Shown: positions 38,643 to 50,900 of the stretch, piece after piece | How the letters are laid out: the number at the start of each line of letters is the position of its first letter | How positions within the stretch are numbered: the stretch's first letter is position 1 | Source of the DNA: Tubiluchus corallicola | Lineage: Eukaryota > Animalia > Priapulida | NCBI GenBank assembly: GCA_030141605.1 | Contig: JAQGDQ010000599.1 | Location: 53,432-117,431 of the forward strand | DNA length: 64,000 nt | Direction: 5' to 3' | Translations under genes and position numbers: made by a program | Notes under the pieces: model-generated | Told to the model about the DNA's origin: nothing | The model's database searches: none | The model's input: the letters and a program-made list of their open reading frames with translations, nothing else

Positions 38643-38871
38643 GTTTTGGTTGATGGATTGTCAACAAGTGAATGAAGCCTCGCGTCTTGCCACAGAACTT
38701 TATAGAGAAGCCATCCATGTCCCATTTATGGCCAAGTTTGTTGTGTTTGCCAAACGCGTGGAACCACAGGAAGGGCAGCTACGTGTGTTTTGCATGACAG
38801 ACGACAAGATGGAGAAGACGCTCGAATGCCAAGAGCATTTCCACGAAGTCGCTCGCAGCCGTGACGTTGAG
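38643..38871 (+). CDS. Ank2: Ankyrin UPA exon
   Basis: tttag|G...GAG|gtagc; 229 nt, phase 2-0; FWLMDC...[12 protein letters not shown]...EVARSRDVE. Confidence 0.95.
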
Positions 38872-38959
38872 GTAGCTGATAATGTGATAGATGTGTTGAA
38901 ATAAGTGTTATTGAGATGTTACATCAAAGACTCTGCAATAGCTATTTTTATACTCTTCT

Positions 38960-39492
38960 CAGGGATGAGAATTTTCCACGGATAAGCGAAATTCCGAGTT
39001 TTTGGAAGACCAGTAGTGCCATTTTTGTAAATCGCGAAATTCGTTGAGAAAATTTTTACGGACCCAGTACATTATTTCACAAGCTGACTGCTTTGTTGGC
39101 AGGCCGTCACTTTGTTTACATCACGTATATCAGTGTAACCACGTGTAGATCTCTATGTATAAAAATATAGAATCAATTGTGTGGAGTTATTTGAGTCAAT
39201 TGCAGACAGTTTTTATATACTTTTGCATAGGAGTGGCCAGTACTTAGGTGTTTTTGAGACAATTAGGTATCATGTATCCTTGATAGTTGGGTATTTTAAA
39301 TTGTACATGAAACAAGGTGATTTATATGAAACAAGGTGATTGATATTTTAAGTCCAATTAGAGGTTCTCTATGCTCACAAAATTGCAATTTGTTCTGGCT
39401 GCAAGGGAGCTTCACCCCCCTTGAACCCTACCCGGCCCCCAAACCCCCATTCCTGTTTCAGAGTTTTTTGCAATTTGTCATTCTCATCCCTG
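38960..39492 (+). mobile_element. hAT-like MITE family A, longest copy
   Basis: Both TIRs present; flanks tcttct / tattct (6 bp, one mismatch). Confidence 0.8.
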
Positions 39493-39645
39493 TATTCTAC
39501 TGCTGAATTAAAAGGCATCTCTTTCGCTTAGAATAGATACGATGGTTAGTTTAGATGAGCTCTTCTTAACTTGCAATTTGAAATGTTGTATTTTTATACG
39601 AGTGAAATGCAGAACATTAAATAGAGAAGTTACACTTTTTTGCAG

Positions 39646-39799
39646 GTTTTGGAAGCTAAGCCACAATTTATCGAAATGGCAGGTAACCTGGTACCTGTGA
39701 CAAAGTCCGGAGAGCAGCTCTACCTTCATTTTTTCTCATTCCAAGAAAACCGTCTACCTTTTATTGTGAGAGTGCGGGATCCGCACCAAGAAGCTTTAG
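39646..39799 (+). CDS. Ank2: Ankyrin UPA exon
   Basis: tgcag|GTT...TAG|gtaac; 154 nt, phase 0-1; VLEAKPQFIEMAGNLVPVTKSGEQL...ENRLPF. Confidence 0.94.
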
Positions 39800-40033
39800 G
39801 TAACGCATGTGAACCAGCTCTTACATTACTAGGCTAACACATGTAACTTGTAAAACGTGACTTTGACACAATTATGCCAAACCTATTTACTTATTTTGTT
39901 AATTTTATTAATAGATCTACAAAATATGGTTTTGATTCTTACCACTTTTTATGTAAGAATTGTTTTTGCTTTATCAATGAGCGCTTTTACACTTCTTAGC
40001 ATTTCATTAACATTTACACGTTCATCTTTTCAG

Positions 40034-40131
40034 CAAGGATAGCATTTATGAAAGAGGAGAAGGCTAGCAAAGGAGAACCACCTCAGACGCCAATATGCAA
40101 CCTTAATATAACTCTTCCAGATTACACTCCA
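40034..40131 (+). CDS. Ank2: Ankyrin UPA C-terminal exon
   Basis: ttcag|CA...CCA|gtaagt; 98 nt, phase 1-0; ARIAFMKEEK...PQTPICNLNITLPDYTP. Confidence 0.92.
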
Positions 40132-40189
40132 GTAAGTGCAAGTGTTTCGTTGAGACATTGTTATATTAGTGATTGTTTACATGTTACTA

Positions 40190-40698
40190 GACTACGGCCA
40201 AATTACGTTGAAAATGCCGGTTCTCGTCTGATCGCCGAAGTTAAGCAACATAGAGCCTGGTTAGTACTTGGATGGGTGACCAACAAGAAAAACTGGGGCT
40301 GTAGGCTTGCGGGATGCCCACACTGTATCTCGACACTAGGCGGAGGAGGTCAAGTGACCCAACGGCCATGTGTAGAGGAGTAAACCTTCCAAATCAGGAG
40401 TGGAGCCCTGAAGCGGACCAGTGCAGCATGCTCACTGACTCCGGCAGCTCCTGCAGCCAACCTGGTGCCAAACGTATCACTCCGCTTTCCTTTGGACTAC
40501 ACCAGGGAAGAAGAGAGGGGGTTCCTGTTGTCTGCGCAACTCAGGATCTCCATACACCTTGCCCAGGCGTGCGCCCTGGAGACGTTCAAGGATCGCACTG
40601 CCCAGCCACAGTCGACGCTGCAGCTCCATCAATGTGTTCAATAACTGACTCTCTTGGCCCACATTCCACTGTCTTCCAAGACAGAAGGATGCCAACCA
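40190..40698 (+). mobile_element. 5S rRNA-derived SINE (SINE3-type), copy 1
   Basis: Head gactacggcc...gaagttaagcaac...ttagtacttggatgggtgacc resembles animal 5S rRNA; ~390-nt body; 13-bp TSD ttacatgttacta at 40177-40189 and 40699-40711. Confidence 0.88.
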
Positions 40699-41089
40699 TT
40701 ACATGTTACTAAAGAAGACAGTTATGAGGAAATTTGATCTAAATTAAATCGAACAGCTATCTTACGTTACATATTGTTTAGTAAGTGCGATCTAAACTAA
40801 CTGTAAGAACATTAGCTCTAACTTGTTTATCTTACTGTGACTTTCTTGTGTTAGTACACGAGAATATGTAAATTTATTTTTAAGTGAATTATATAACTTG
40901 CTTTATTTTCACTTATATTTCTTGTTTGATTTTCCCTAGAAAAGCAAAAATGTGCCAGAATTCTGATTTTACGTTTATTCCTTGTCTTCAACTAAAATGA
41001 GACAGACAGTAAGGCTATTTTTTAGTTTTTTATTTGTTTCGTTCGCCCTCAACGCACGAACTTACCAGTGTTTGCCGTTTTCGTTGCAG

Positions 41090-41177
41090 TTACGATTAGC
41101 CAGGGAACCTCATTCGCCCAAAACCGAATTAGTAACATTGGAGAAAAAGTATGGTTACCTGTCTGAGCTAGGAGTGG
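41090..41177 (+). CDS. Ank2: Ankyrin UPA-death domain linker exon
   Basis: tgcag|TTA...GTGG|gtgag; 88 nt, phase 0-1; LRLAREPHSPKTELVTLEKKYGYLSELGV. Confidence 0.85.
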
Positions 41178-41234
41178 GTGAGTAGAGCGTGTTAGATTAT
41201 TGTCAGAGTAACTAACATGGGGAACAATTTTATT

Positions 41235-41959
41235 TGTCGGTCGCCGAGTAACCCACTAGCTGAAGTAGGACAATTGGCGTACATGGGCTAGCCCAAGTAG
41301 GACGCTAGAGACATGTCACAAATTGAGTTGTTAACCGTACTGGCAGCACCCGTTGTCCTTGTTTATTTAATAATAATAACTGAAAACGTCAAAAATATAC
41401 AATAATTTATTTTATACCTGGTAAAATAAAAGAATCTTATTTTGAGTTAGTAAAATTTCCAATATTAAATTCGGCTTCGATATTAATCTTTTTGAAGTGA
41501 AATAAGCCCACTTTTTAGGCGATTCCAACGTTTGCTTAAGGTATATCACTTTCATTTTGTCTCGCTTCACAGACAGGTGACCCGTTTCACTACCTCTTGG
41601 ACAAATAATTGTTTTTTTACTAAGTAAACGGGTTAGCGAGCTATGTGCCTTACATAGTTCCTCTCTTTAAAGCATTAGATACTTTGTTGAATGTTATGAT
41701 GATATTAATGGAGCTAATAATAATGATGATATTACTGTAAAAAACATTGTAAATTGTCAAGGAGTATCCATCATTATTATAAAGTTACTTTTTTCTAAAA
41801 CAAATTTAGTTTTACGTTTCATTATGTCATAATTCTCGACAGAAATCGCCAGTGTCCTACTTGGGCTGCCCGTGTACGACACTACTTTTCCGCAAATTTA
41901 GCACATGCGTTTTAGCGGAAGTGTCCTACTTCGGCTAGTGGGTTACTCGGCACCCTACA
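41235..41959. mobile_element. MITE with long inverted ends, superfamily unassigned
   Basis: gccgagtaacccactagctgaagtaggaca versus tgtcctacttcggctagtgggttactcggc; second inner inverted pair gcccaagtaggac/gtcctacttgggc. Confidence 0.75.
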
Positions 41960-42378
41960 GAAGTATTAGTAGTGTCGATAACTTTAGTATCGATTTTAGG
42001 AACTAGTAAATTAAATGCATGAAAAGGGTCCCTCTTATCAAGTGTTCTGTAATTTGTTTGAAAATAATAATCTGTAAATCAAATACTACAATTTACAAAC
42101 TACACAAAACTTCAATTAACTAACAAGTTTAATTTGTCTGATTCGTTTGTTTAACTGATGCGTAGATCCCTTGTTGTCAAGAAGAAGTTTTCGACAAATT
42201 GCGAATTCCTGTCTATTTGTCAAAACGTGATTGCTGATTCGTTTAATTTGGTTGTTGGCAAATCGGGTATTTTTTTATGCTGCCACCATCTTAACGTAAA
42301 TTATAGTATGCAGCATTGTTTCACACTTGCATATTTCATTCCTTTTTTAAGTAACCTTTATTACTATGTGTTTTCTAG

Positions 42379-42585
42379 CCCGTGATACAACAATTTCTAA
42401 AGCAGACATGCGTTTATCGGACATTGCCTATCAGCTGCAGGGAGATTGGGTAATGTTAGCCTTACAGTTAGACATTACTGAAACTGAAATTCAACAAATA
42501 AAAGAAGAGCATCCATCCAATGTCAATGCACAGGCTCTAGAGATGCTGAAAATTTGGAAGATTCAGAAGCGGGAGCTGGCCACAG
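42379..42585 (+). CDS. Ank2: Ankyrin death domain exon 1
   Basis: tctag|CC...CAG|gtatg; 207 nt, phase 1-1; KADMRLSDIAYQLQGDWVMLALQLDI...QALEMLKIW. Confidence 0.93.
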
Positions 42586-42945
42586 GTATGATTTGTTCAC
42601 GGGGTCGTTTATTTTGTGTGGTCAACGTTTCTGCAGGGCAGCGAACAACAGTTAGTTTGCTAGGAGACAATCAAGAATGCTTCGTTGTTTTTTGTGCACT
42701 TTGTAGTTATTTTGCCTGTCTCTCGTCGTTTTGTTTGACCGTTTCCGTAACTTTATTCATAGCATATGTGCCTTATGTAATTCATTTCATTCTCATGCTT
42801 TTATTTGCATTTGTTTCTTCACCGTTGTAGCGCGATCAGTGAATCCAAACTTAATAGTTTTTTTGTTCATTTTTCAGTATGATTATAAAAAGTAAAATTC
42901 CAGCTGTTAATATTCAGTCACATATAGTGGTCTTGCTTTTTTTAG

Positions 42946-43074
42946 GCAACAGTCTTGAGAAGGCTCTTCGTAAGATCAATCGAAAAGACATCGTCGACAA
43001 ATCCATGACAAACGTGGAACTTGTGACGGATGAACTTGAGCAAGCGGCAGCGAAAGCTGCAATGGACCAATCCG
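42946..43074 (+). CDS. Ank2: Ankyrin death domain exon 2
   Basis: tttag|GC...CCG|gtatc; 129 nt, phase 1-1; GNSLEKALRKINRKDIV...NVELVTDELEQAAAKAAMDQS. Confidence 0.93.
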
Positions 43075-43500
43075 GTATCGTTTATACACTTGTAGAACCT
43101 GTTGTGTTTCTTATTAAAAGTTTTGTAATATAGCAGCACTCAAATTATAAAATTGTGCTTTGTTTGCATCGCGATAATTTATAATGTGCAAACTTATCAA
43201 TAATAGCGTCAAAATTGCATCAAAATTTGCTGTTTTTAACTTTTTAATGTTTAATCTTTTCAAGAAATTAACATTTAATCGAATTTGACAACATGAGAAA
43301 CACGTTTTTCGTATTACATTATGTATGTAATGTAATGTATCGTTTAGTAATGTAAATTTAATTAGTATCTGTACCTGATTTTAGTTAATGTTAAAATAGG
43401 TTTCTGTTGAAAGCAGTTTTGTTATATGTATTTAAACTAGTTTTCTAAACTATTCTATCCGGTAAATTGCTTACCATTAATATCTGTTATGTTTCTAAAG

Positions 43501-43598
43501 GTTTTGATGCATTAAAAGAGGAACTTGGACCCTCTAGAGATGCTTCCCTTGCGAGAGATGCTTCATTGGATGTGTCTTATGATGAAAAAGATGCAAAG
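43501..43598 (+). CDS. Ank2: Ankyrin post-death-domain exon
   Basis: taaag|GT...AAG|gtacc; 98 nt, phase 1-0; GFDALKEELGPSRDASLARDASLDVSYDEKDAK. Confidence 0.88.
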
Positions 43599-44450
43599 GT
43601 ACCACAGCACTTCCGTTTACTTATTATAAATTTGATTTGAAGTTTATTTTTAGTGGCTATATCTGTACATAATTTTGTATGTTTTTATTCACTGTAGTGG
43701 TATGTAGTGATAGTTGTTTGCTTTGCGTCTAACTAAGTTATACTGCTGATTACATTCGAAACAGTATTTCCTCATAAACATTCCGTTGTTTTGCACTTAT
43801 CGTCTTTGTTGCTTGTTCAAATGGAGAACACGTTACTCGCGTTACTCGAGTGCCGACATGTAGGCGAGAGGAACATTTCATTTTTCTGGAGCTAATAGTG
43901 ATTTTTGGAACATTGCATGTTTCTGTGAAAGTACGCAGCCATTTTTTCTGTGTAGATTATGTACGTTTCCTTTTGCTGCCAATTTTCAGGTTTCGACTTG
44001 GTTAAAACTGTTTCGTTCTTTTCACTTTACTTTTGCCAAATCCTTCTGTTGCTACTTGCTGTTTCCTTAATGAAAGTTAAATAAAAGGCTTTTATCTATG
44101 AACTAAAATTCTTTTACAGTAATAATTATTGGTCCATTCTATAATCGTAAACCATTGCAATTACAAACAAACACTTGCAAATATTGCTACTTTGTCTAAC
44201 ATGTACTCTTATGCTTTAGAATGCGTCTTAAAAGCAAGCTGAGAATCGTCGTTCTACATGTTAATTGGCTAATTTCTGGGATAATTAAATGTATTGTTTT
44301 CCTTAAAATATGTGATATCCATTCTAGTCAGTGAATCTGAAAATTGGTGTTGAACTTGTTTGTTTTTTTATCTGCGAACTGTTGTTGTTTACACTTGTTT
44401 TTTCTTATCACCCTCTCACTTCTTCTCTTTCTGCTTCTTTATGTGAACAG

Positions 44451-44471
44451 ATGCAGCTGGACCTAATCAAG
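44451..44471 (+). CDS. Ank2: 21-nt micro-exon (MQLDLIK)
   Basis: Long pyrimidine tract + aacag|ATG...AAG|gtgtga; phase 0-0 matches neighbours. Confidence 0.7.
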
Positions 44472-44917
44472 GTGTGAGTTAAGTCCTATTTATTTTACTT
44501 CTTGTGTTTCAGGTGTAAATTTATTTATGCGTCAGTTGTTTTAGTGTTCTTGATTACCTGTTTGTGGAAGAATTGTTTTTGGTTGACAGAATGCCAAGTC
44601 CGTCTGATCAGTATATACGTATTTCAACTTTTATGAGTGTCACCGCTGTTACCAGGATTTTGTAGAAAACTACAAGTTTCGATTTTATCAACTGTGCTGT
44701 TAAATTTTCATTGGTATTACCAATATTTACATGTTTGTCCTCAGCGTATGAAATTTATTTTATTGTTTTGCAAACATCTAGAACCAGTGCCTTCAACATC
44801 TGCATTTTTAGACGATTCGCTATCATTTTAGGATCACCTGTCAATTAAAAGTGATTTGATGAATTGTGATACTAATTTTCACCATGTGTTGTAAAGTTGT
44901 TTTTGTTTTGAATATAG

Positions 44918-44978
44918 GAGGACGAATCCGAGTCAGAAAGCGACAAAGAGTCGGTTAAAGAAAAATCGGACGAAGCGC
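44918..44978 (+). CDS. Ank2: Ankyrin tail exon
   Basis: tatag|GAG...GCGC|gtaagt; 61 nt, phase 0-1; EDESESESDKESVKEKSDEA. Confidence 0.85.
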
Positions 44979-46510
44979 GTAAGTTTGCTTTTATTCTTGC
45001 GTCTCATCAGACTTTTAAAGGAAACAAATCTCACGTTTCGAATTTCAAAATTACCGAACAACCCGTCGTCAAAGTCTGTTTTATACAATTTGAAATTTTT
45101 TGGTGTTAAAATTAACTGGTGTCAATGAAGATAATGTTATTTTATTACGCCTTTTTTGCACTAATTTCACTGTGCAGAAATTGCATTACAGCTTTACATT
45201 ACTCTTGCAGTATGTACTAGTAAAATGCTGTGCAGTACAAAAAACATGTTGCAAATTGTACAATAGATTGTAAGGTAGCAAAACAGCGCAGTCCTGTGCA
45301 GGACAATCTATGCCCAAAATAAAGACGTGAATAGTTTCTTGCTGTGCCTCCTTGCTGTAGAAGAGTGACATTAGCATTTTGAGGTATCCGTTTGAGGGAA
45401 TCTTGGCATAAAAGAGGACCACCATATCTTGACGAAAATTGGACGTCTCGCACGATATTTTTCACTTTCTCAGAATTTTCTACAATGCGGTTAACATTGA
45501 ACAATGAATATTACTATAATGTACCATATTAGCTGTTTCTGCTATGTCTGTGTATTCATTCAGTAGATTTTTACTATAGTCGTAAATCTTCTCTTTAAAA
45601 TAGTTTTTTAGTACTTCCAGAAATTTCTCGGATTTTTCCTTTATCTTTTCCTGTTGTTACATCAACCTTTTCTTGTTTTTGCTTGTTTATGGTAGCGATC
45701 GTATTTCAGTTTGATAGGCATGTGCCACGTAGTAAGGCTTTTCTTGTAAATGTGCCAGTGCTGAAATTTTTTACCTTTTGTTTTTTTCGGGTTGCTTTAC
45801 GTATTTTCATATATTTAAATATGAACGTTTAACATTAAATATTAAGTTGAATGCGGCCTGTGTTAATTTGTTGCTCAAATTTGAGTCAGTTGTTGTTAGT
45901 TCATTCCACGTTTTTGTTATATGCCTTGCCTAACATATGCTTTGCTGTATTTTTGCAGAAATTCATATTATTAAACGTCCTATGTGTTTATATCAGTATG
46001 TGATTTTGCCATAATTATGCTTTCCTTTGTCATTTACTGTGTTAACAGATTTACTAATTTGCAATATGCATTTGTCTTTGTGTGTGTGTGAGTTTCTGTG
46101 TGCACATTTGCTATATAATAGGATTCTGTGCATATTGTTATTAATTTATTGTTATTTTTGAGAAACGTAAACAGTTCTAATTGAATAAGAATGATGCGCT
46201 TAATCAGCGTAACTTTTGCATTGTTTCAGTATTTGCATCAGGTCATTTTACGTACTTATTATGCTTGGCATTGTAAGCATGACAGTATCTTAAAATGTAT
46301 TTGTGATGTTAATTTGGTATGCATAATAAATCCTGATTCGTGTGAATTTGTGTTTGACGTCTATAATTTCCTTTGTGGTTTCCACAAACATCTTTTAAAT
46401 GACTATTTCTGGTCGTACTATTACTAAGATAAGATAGGTTTTAAATATTTAACTTTTAATTCTTATATTTTGTTCTAATTCTGTTATTCATTGGCTAACA
46501 TTTATGTTAG

Positions 46511-47653
46511 AAACAGTTCCCTCAGATATGTCAAGCTCGGATGAAATTGACTCGCCCCCTGGTGGTTCTCAATGTGACGAGAAGAAGCATCCGGAAAGAC
46601 GTAAAAAGGGACATCAGTTAATTGAACAATATGTCGAGATCTTTGAGGACGTAAAACCTGCGCCTTTAGTTCCACAAGAAAATGATCTTATTGATGCAAG
46701 ATGGGAAGAGAGGGTGAGGGACTATGAGCAAAAAGCTGAAGTTGCCGATGATGCTGTCGGTAAGGATTCGCGTCTCGGCTACTGGATCAAACACCGTGTG
46801 AAATGTTTTGAGATGGACGAAACTGGCACAGTGCCAGCAGCTGAAACTGTGGTCGAGGCCGACGTTGCACCAGGGGAAGTAATAGAAATTGTGCACGAGT
46901 TACTTGATGAGTCTGATGCCGGACACTTGCCTGAAGAAGAAATTCCATATGTTGATTCTGAGGTGGAAGTAACATCCGAAAGACCCAAGAAAAAAAAGCG
47001 CAGGTTGTACGAAACAGCAGAAGAGCAGCTTATTGAAATCCTTGAAGACTGTTGCCCACCACCTGCTTTCAGTCCTAGCGAAGAAGGTGAACCCACTGGT
47101 ACTGATGCTGGTGCAGGTGCTGACGCTGATTTAGATCCTGACAGTAAGCAAAAGTCTGCAAAAAAATACACTATGGAAGAACACCTTGTAGAAATATTTG
47201 AAGAATATAATAAACCTGAGGTAGAAGGTGATTTGATGAATGTTGAACCACATTTAACTATTTCAGAAATGCCTTCAGGTGATACAAAAAGCGGACAGAC
47301 CTTAGATACATCTGAAGATATTAGTTTACCCTTTAAAAGTGATATTTTAGATGAAGATGTAACTAGTTCTTCTAGCTGCATTGAACAATCAGAATTACTT
47401 TTTGTCGAAGAGCAAATGCAGAAGAAAATAAGTCCACTTGATAGTTCCATTCCAAGCAGCCAACCAGAAGAAACTATGAGTGATGTGCTGGCAGAGGTGA
47501 ACGAGGATTTGATTGTAGCTTCACGTCGTGAACCGCCACACGTTGGCAGCCAACGTGTTATTGTGACAGATGAGGAGAAGAGCAAAATACTTGGACTGCT
47601 GTGCTCATTAGATGATACCGAATATGCCAGCACTATAACTAAGTCCCAGCCAG
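46511..47653 (+). CDS. Ank2: Large acidic tail exon (1143 nt, 381 codons)
   Basis: ctaac branch + gttag|AA...CAG|gtagc; phase 1-1; acidic composition stops at the donor. Confidence 0.85.
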
Positions 47654-47976
47654 GTAGCTGCACGTTACAAGCATGCATAGACGTGCTTGCTGATTTGTGT
47701 ACGACATTGCGGCATGCAATTAGATTGTGCCTCTTAAATGAGCATTTATATTATAACGTCTTAGTGGTTAACAGACATTATTTATATGCTAACATGTTGA
47801 AAATAAACCAGTCGAAAATATCTTAGTTCTACTAAATATTGTGTTTTTGGTATTGTTGTGTGGTTTCTGTTAACTTAATACTAACATGTCCTATGACATT
47901 AGCCTGCATTCGATGTAAAATAACAATTTGAATTGTAATGTGCATCTTTATTAACACTTACTTATAACTTATTTAG

Positions 47977-50900
47977 GACAACAGGAAGCGGTGAAAAGAT
48001 ATGAAATTATAAAAACTGCTGCTAGCGAAATAGTAACGCAATGGCCATCTAACGAATACTCATATGTAAAGAAAGAGGATTCTAAGGACTCTCCTATTGC
48101 CGAACCTGAGGAAACAAGTGATTTATCTTTATCATTTCAAAGAACGCATCCGGTTCATGGTGTTGCTTTGACTTCTCAGCAGATAGATGAAACTTTGTCT
48201 GTTGTGAAAACTACTAATGCTCCTATGATAAGAGTATATGAAGGGGATGCGGATCTGGAAGATGAAAAGAAGCATATAACCGAAGAAGAGTTAGAATATT
48301 CTAAAACTACTGCAATGGAAATTAGTTCTGAGTTCGAAAAGGGGGCATTAGATGAACCTGAAAAAGAAGCTTTGATTAAAACTGAAACAAGTGAAATATC
48401 CATGCAAGAGCAAGAACATATTTTGCATGAGTATGCTATTTCAAGTGAATCTGTAAAACTTAGCAAAGAATTTGTTGAACCCTTTCAGCCAGCAAAAGAA
48501 GAAGCTGTACACGAAGAAGACGATTTGAAAAGATCCTATGAAGAAAAATATATGACCGAGGAGTTAAAATCAGAAGATGTGCCGCAAGCTTTTACAGAGA
48601 GTTTTTACGAAGAAAAAACCGTTTTGGAAAAGGAAACTGTTCTTGCTTATGAAAAAGTACAAACAGTTGAAGAAATTTCTACTAAAGAACATGCTGAAGT
48701 AAGCGAGAAACTGATAGAACGAGGTACCTACAAGTTGCCCGTAGTCGATGAAAAAGTATGTGATATTGATGTTAGTGATAAGCTGAGTGAATCACAAGAA
48801 TATGTACCTGGAGAAATATCTACCGAAAATATACCAAAAAGCGAAGAATCTGTTAGAGAAGACATTCAAGAAATTGTATCGGAAAGTGAGATTGCTTTTG
48901 CAGTTCGTGACAAACAGAAATTTGAAGACGAGGTGTCAGAAGGAAAAGAAGAAAGCTTTGAAGAAAAGGTGATGTCAGATGAAGAAGTTGTTGATGTTAT
49001 TGGTGAAGAATATGAAGAAAAATTTGAAGAAATAGAGAAGAAAATTTTAGAACAAAGATTGCCTTTTGCTGAAGATATGCCAGAAGATGAAGAAATTGTT
49101 AGAGAACACATTGTAGAAATCGTATCTGAAGCAGTACCTGAATGTGATAGTGAGTTTGCAGCTTATGAGAAGCCTAGACTCGAAGAAGATATGCCTGTGA
49201 TTGAGAAAGCGGTTATAGAACATATACAAGAAATACGAGCAAGTGACAAGGGGATGGCAGAAAAGTTTGTAGATGCTACAGATATAGAAGCTGCTACTAA
49301 AAGACCATTAGAACAATCATCAGAGGAGTTTCCGATTGAAACTGAAATTGGTGAAGTAATAATTGAAGAACATGAGACAGAAGCTGTAACAGAAAAACAA
49401 CTAGCACAAGTGTCAGAAGAACTGCCCTGTAAAACTAAAGTTGAAGTAGTGACCGAAGAATACGAATCAAAAGCCGTATGTGTGGAAGCAGTAGCAGAAG
49501 AATATGAGACAAAAGCTGTTCCAGTTGATTCTAAAGTTGATAAAGTTGTAGCAGAAGAATATGAGGCAGAAGCTGTTCCAGTTGAATCTGAAGTTGGTAA
49601 AGTTGTAGTTGAAGAATATGAGGCAGAAGCTGTTCCAGTTGATTCTGAAGTTGATAGAGTTGTAGTTGAAGAATATGAGGCAGAAGCTGTTCCAGTTGAT
49701 TCTGAAGTTGGTAAAGTTTTAGTTGAAGAATATGAGGCAGAAGCTGTTCCAGTTGATTCTGAAGTTGGTAAAGTTGTAGTTGAAGAATATGAGGCAGAAG
49801 CTGTTCCAGTTGAATCTGAAGTTGGTAAAGTTGTAGTTGAAGAATATGAGACAAAAGCTGTTCCAGTTGATTCTAAAGTTGATAAAGTTGTAGCAGAAGA
49901 ATATGAGGCAGAAGCTGTTCCAGTTGAATCTGAAGTTGGTAAAATTGTAGTTGAAGAATATGAGGCAGAAGCTGTTCCAGTTGATTCTGAAGTTGATAGA
50001 GTTGTAGTTGAAGAATATGAGGCAGAAGCTGTTCCAGTTGATTCTGAAGTTGGTAAAGTTGTAGTTGAAGAATATGAGGCAGAAGCTGTTCCAGTTGATT
50101 CTGAAGTTGGTAAAGTTGTAGTTGAAGAATATGAGGCAGAAGCTGTTCCAGTTGAATCTGAAGTTGGTAAAGTTGTAGTTGAAGAATATGAGACAAAAGC
50201 TGTTCCAGTTGATTCTAAAGTTGATAAAGTTGTAGCAGAAGAATATGAGGCAGAAGCTGTTCCAGTTGAATCCGAAGTTGGTAAAGTTGTAGTTGAAGAA
50301 TATGAGACAAAAGCTGTTCCAGTTGATTCTGAAGTTGATAAAGTTTTAGTTGAAGAATATGAGACAGAAGCTGTTCCAGTTGATTCTGAAGTTGATAAAG
50401 TTGTAGTTGAAGAATATGAGGCAGAAGCTGTTCCAGTTGAATCTGAAGTTGGTAAAGTTGTAGTTGAAGAATATGAGGCAGAAGCTGTTCCAGTTGAATC
50501 TGAAGTTGGTAAAGTTGTAGTTGAAGAATATGAGGCAGAAGCTGTTCCAGTTGAATCTGAAGTTGGTAAAGTTGTAGTTGAAGAATATGAGGCAGAAGCA
50601 GTTCCAGTTGATTCTGAAGTTGATAGAGTTGTAGTTGAAGAATATGAGGCAGAAGCTGTTCCAGTTGATTCTGAAGTTGGTAAAGTTGTAGTTGAAGAAT
50701 ATGAGGCAGAAGCTGTTCTAGTTGATTCTGAAGCTGGTAAAGTTGTAGTTGAAGAATATGAGGCAGAAGCTGTTGCAGTTGAATCTGAAGTTGGTAAAGT
50801 TGTAGCTGAAGAATATGAGGCAGAAGCTGTTCCAGTTGAATCTGTAGTTGATAAAGTTGTAGCTGAAGAATATGAGGCAGAAACTGTTCCAGTTGAATCT

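Noticed and set aside
40190-40310. Functional 5S rRNA genes (also 57395-57514)
   Set aside because: Diverged 3' part, no oligo-T terminator, fused to a shared body and flanked by TSDs: SINE heads.
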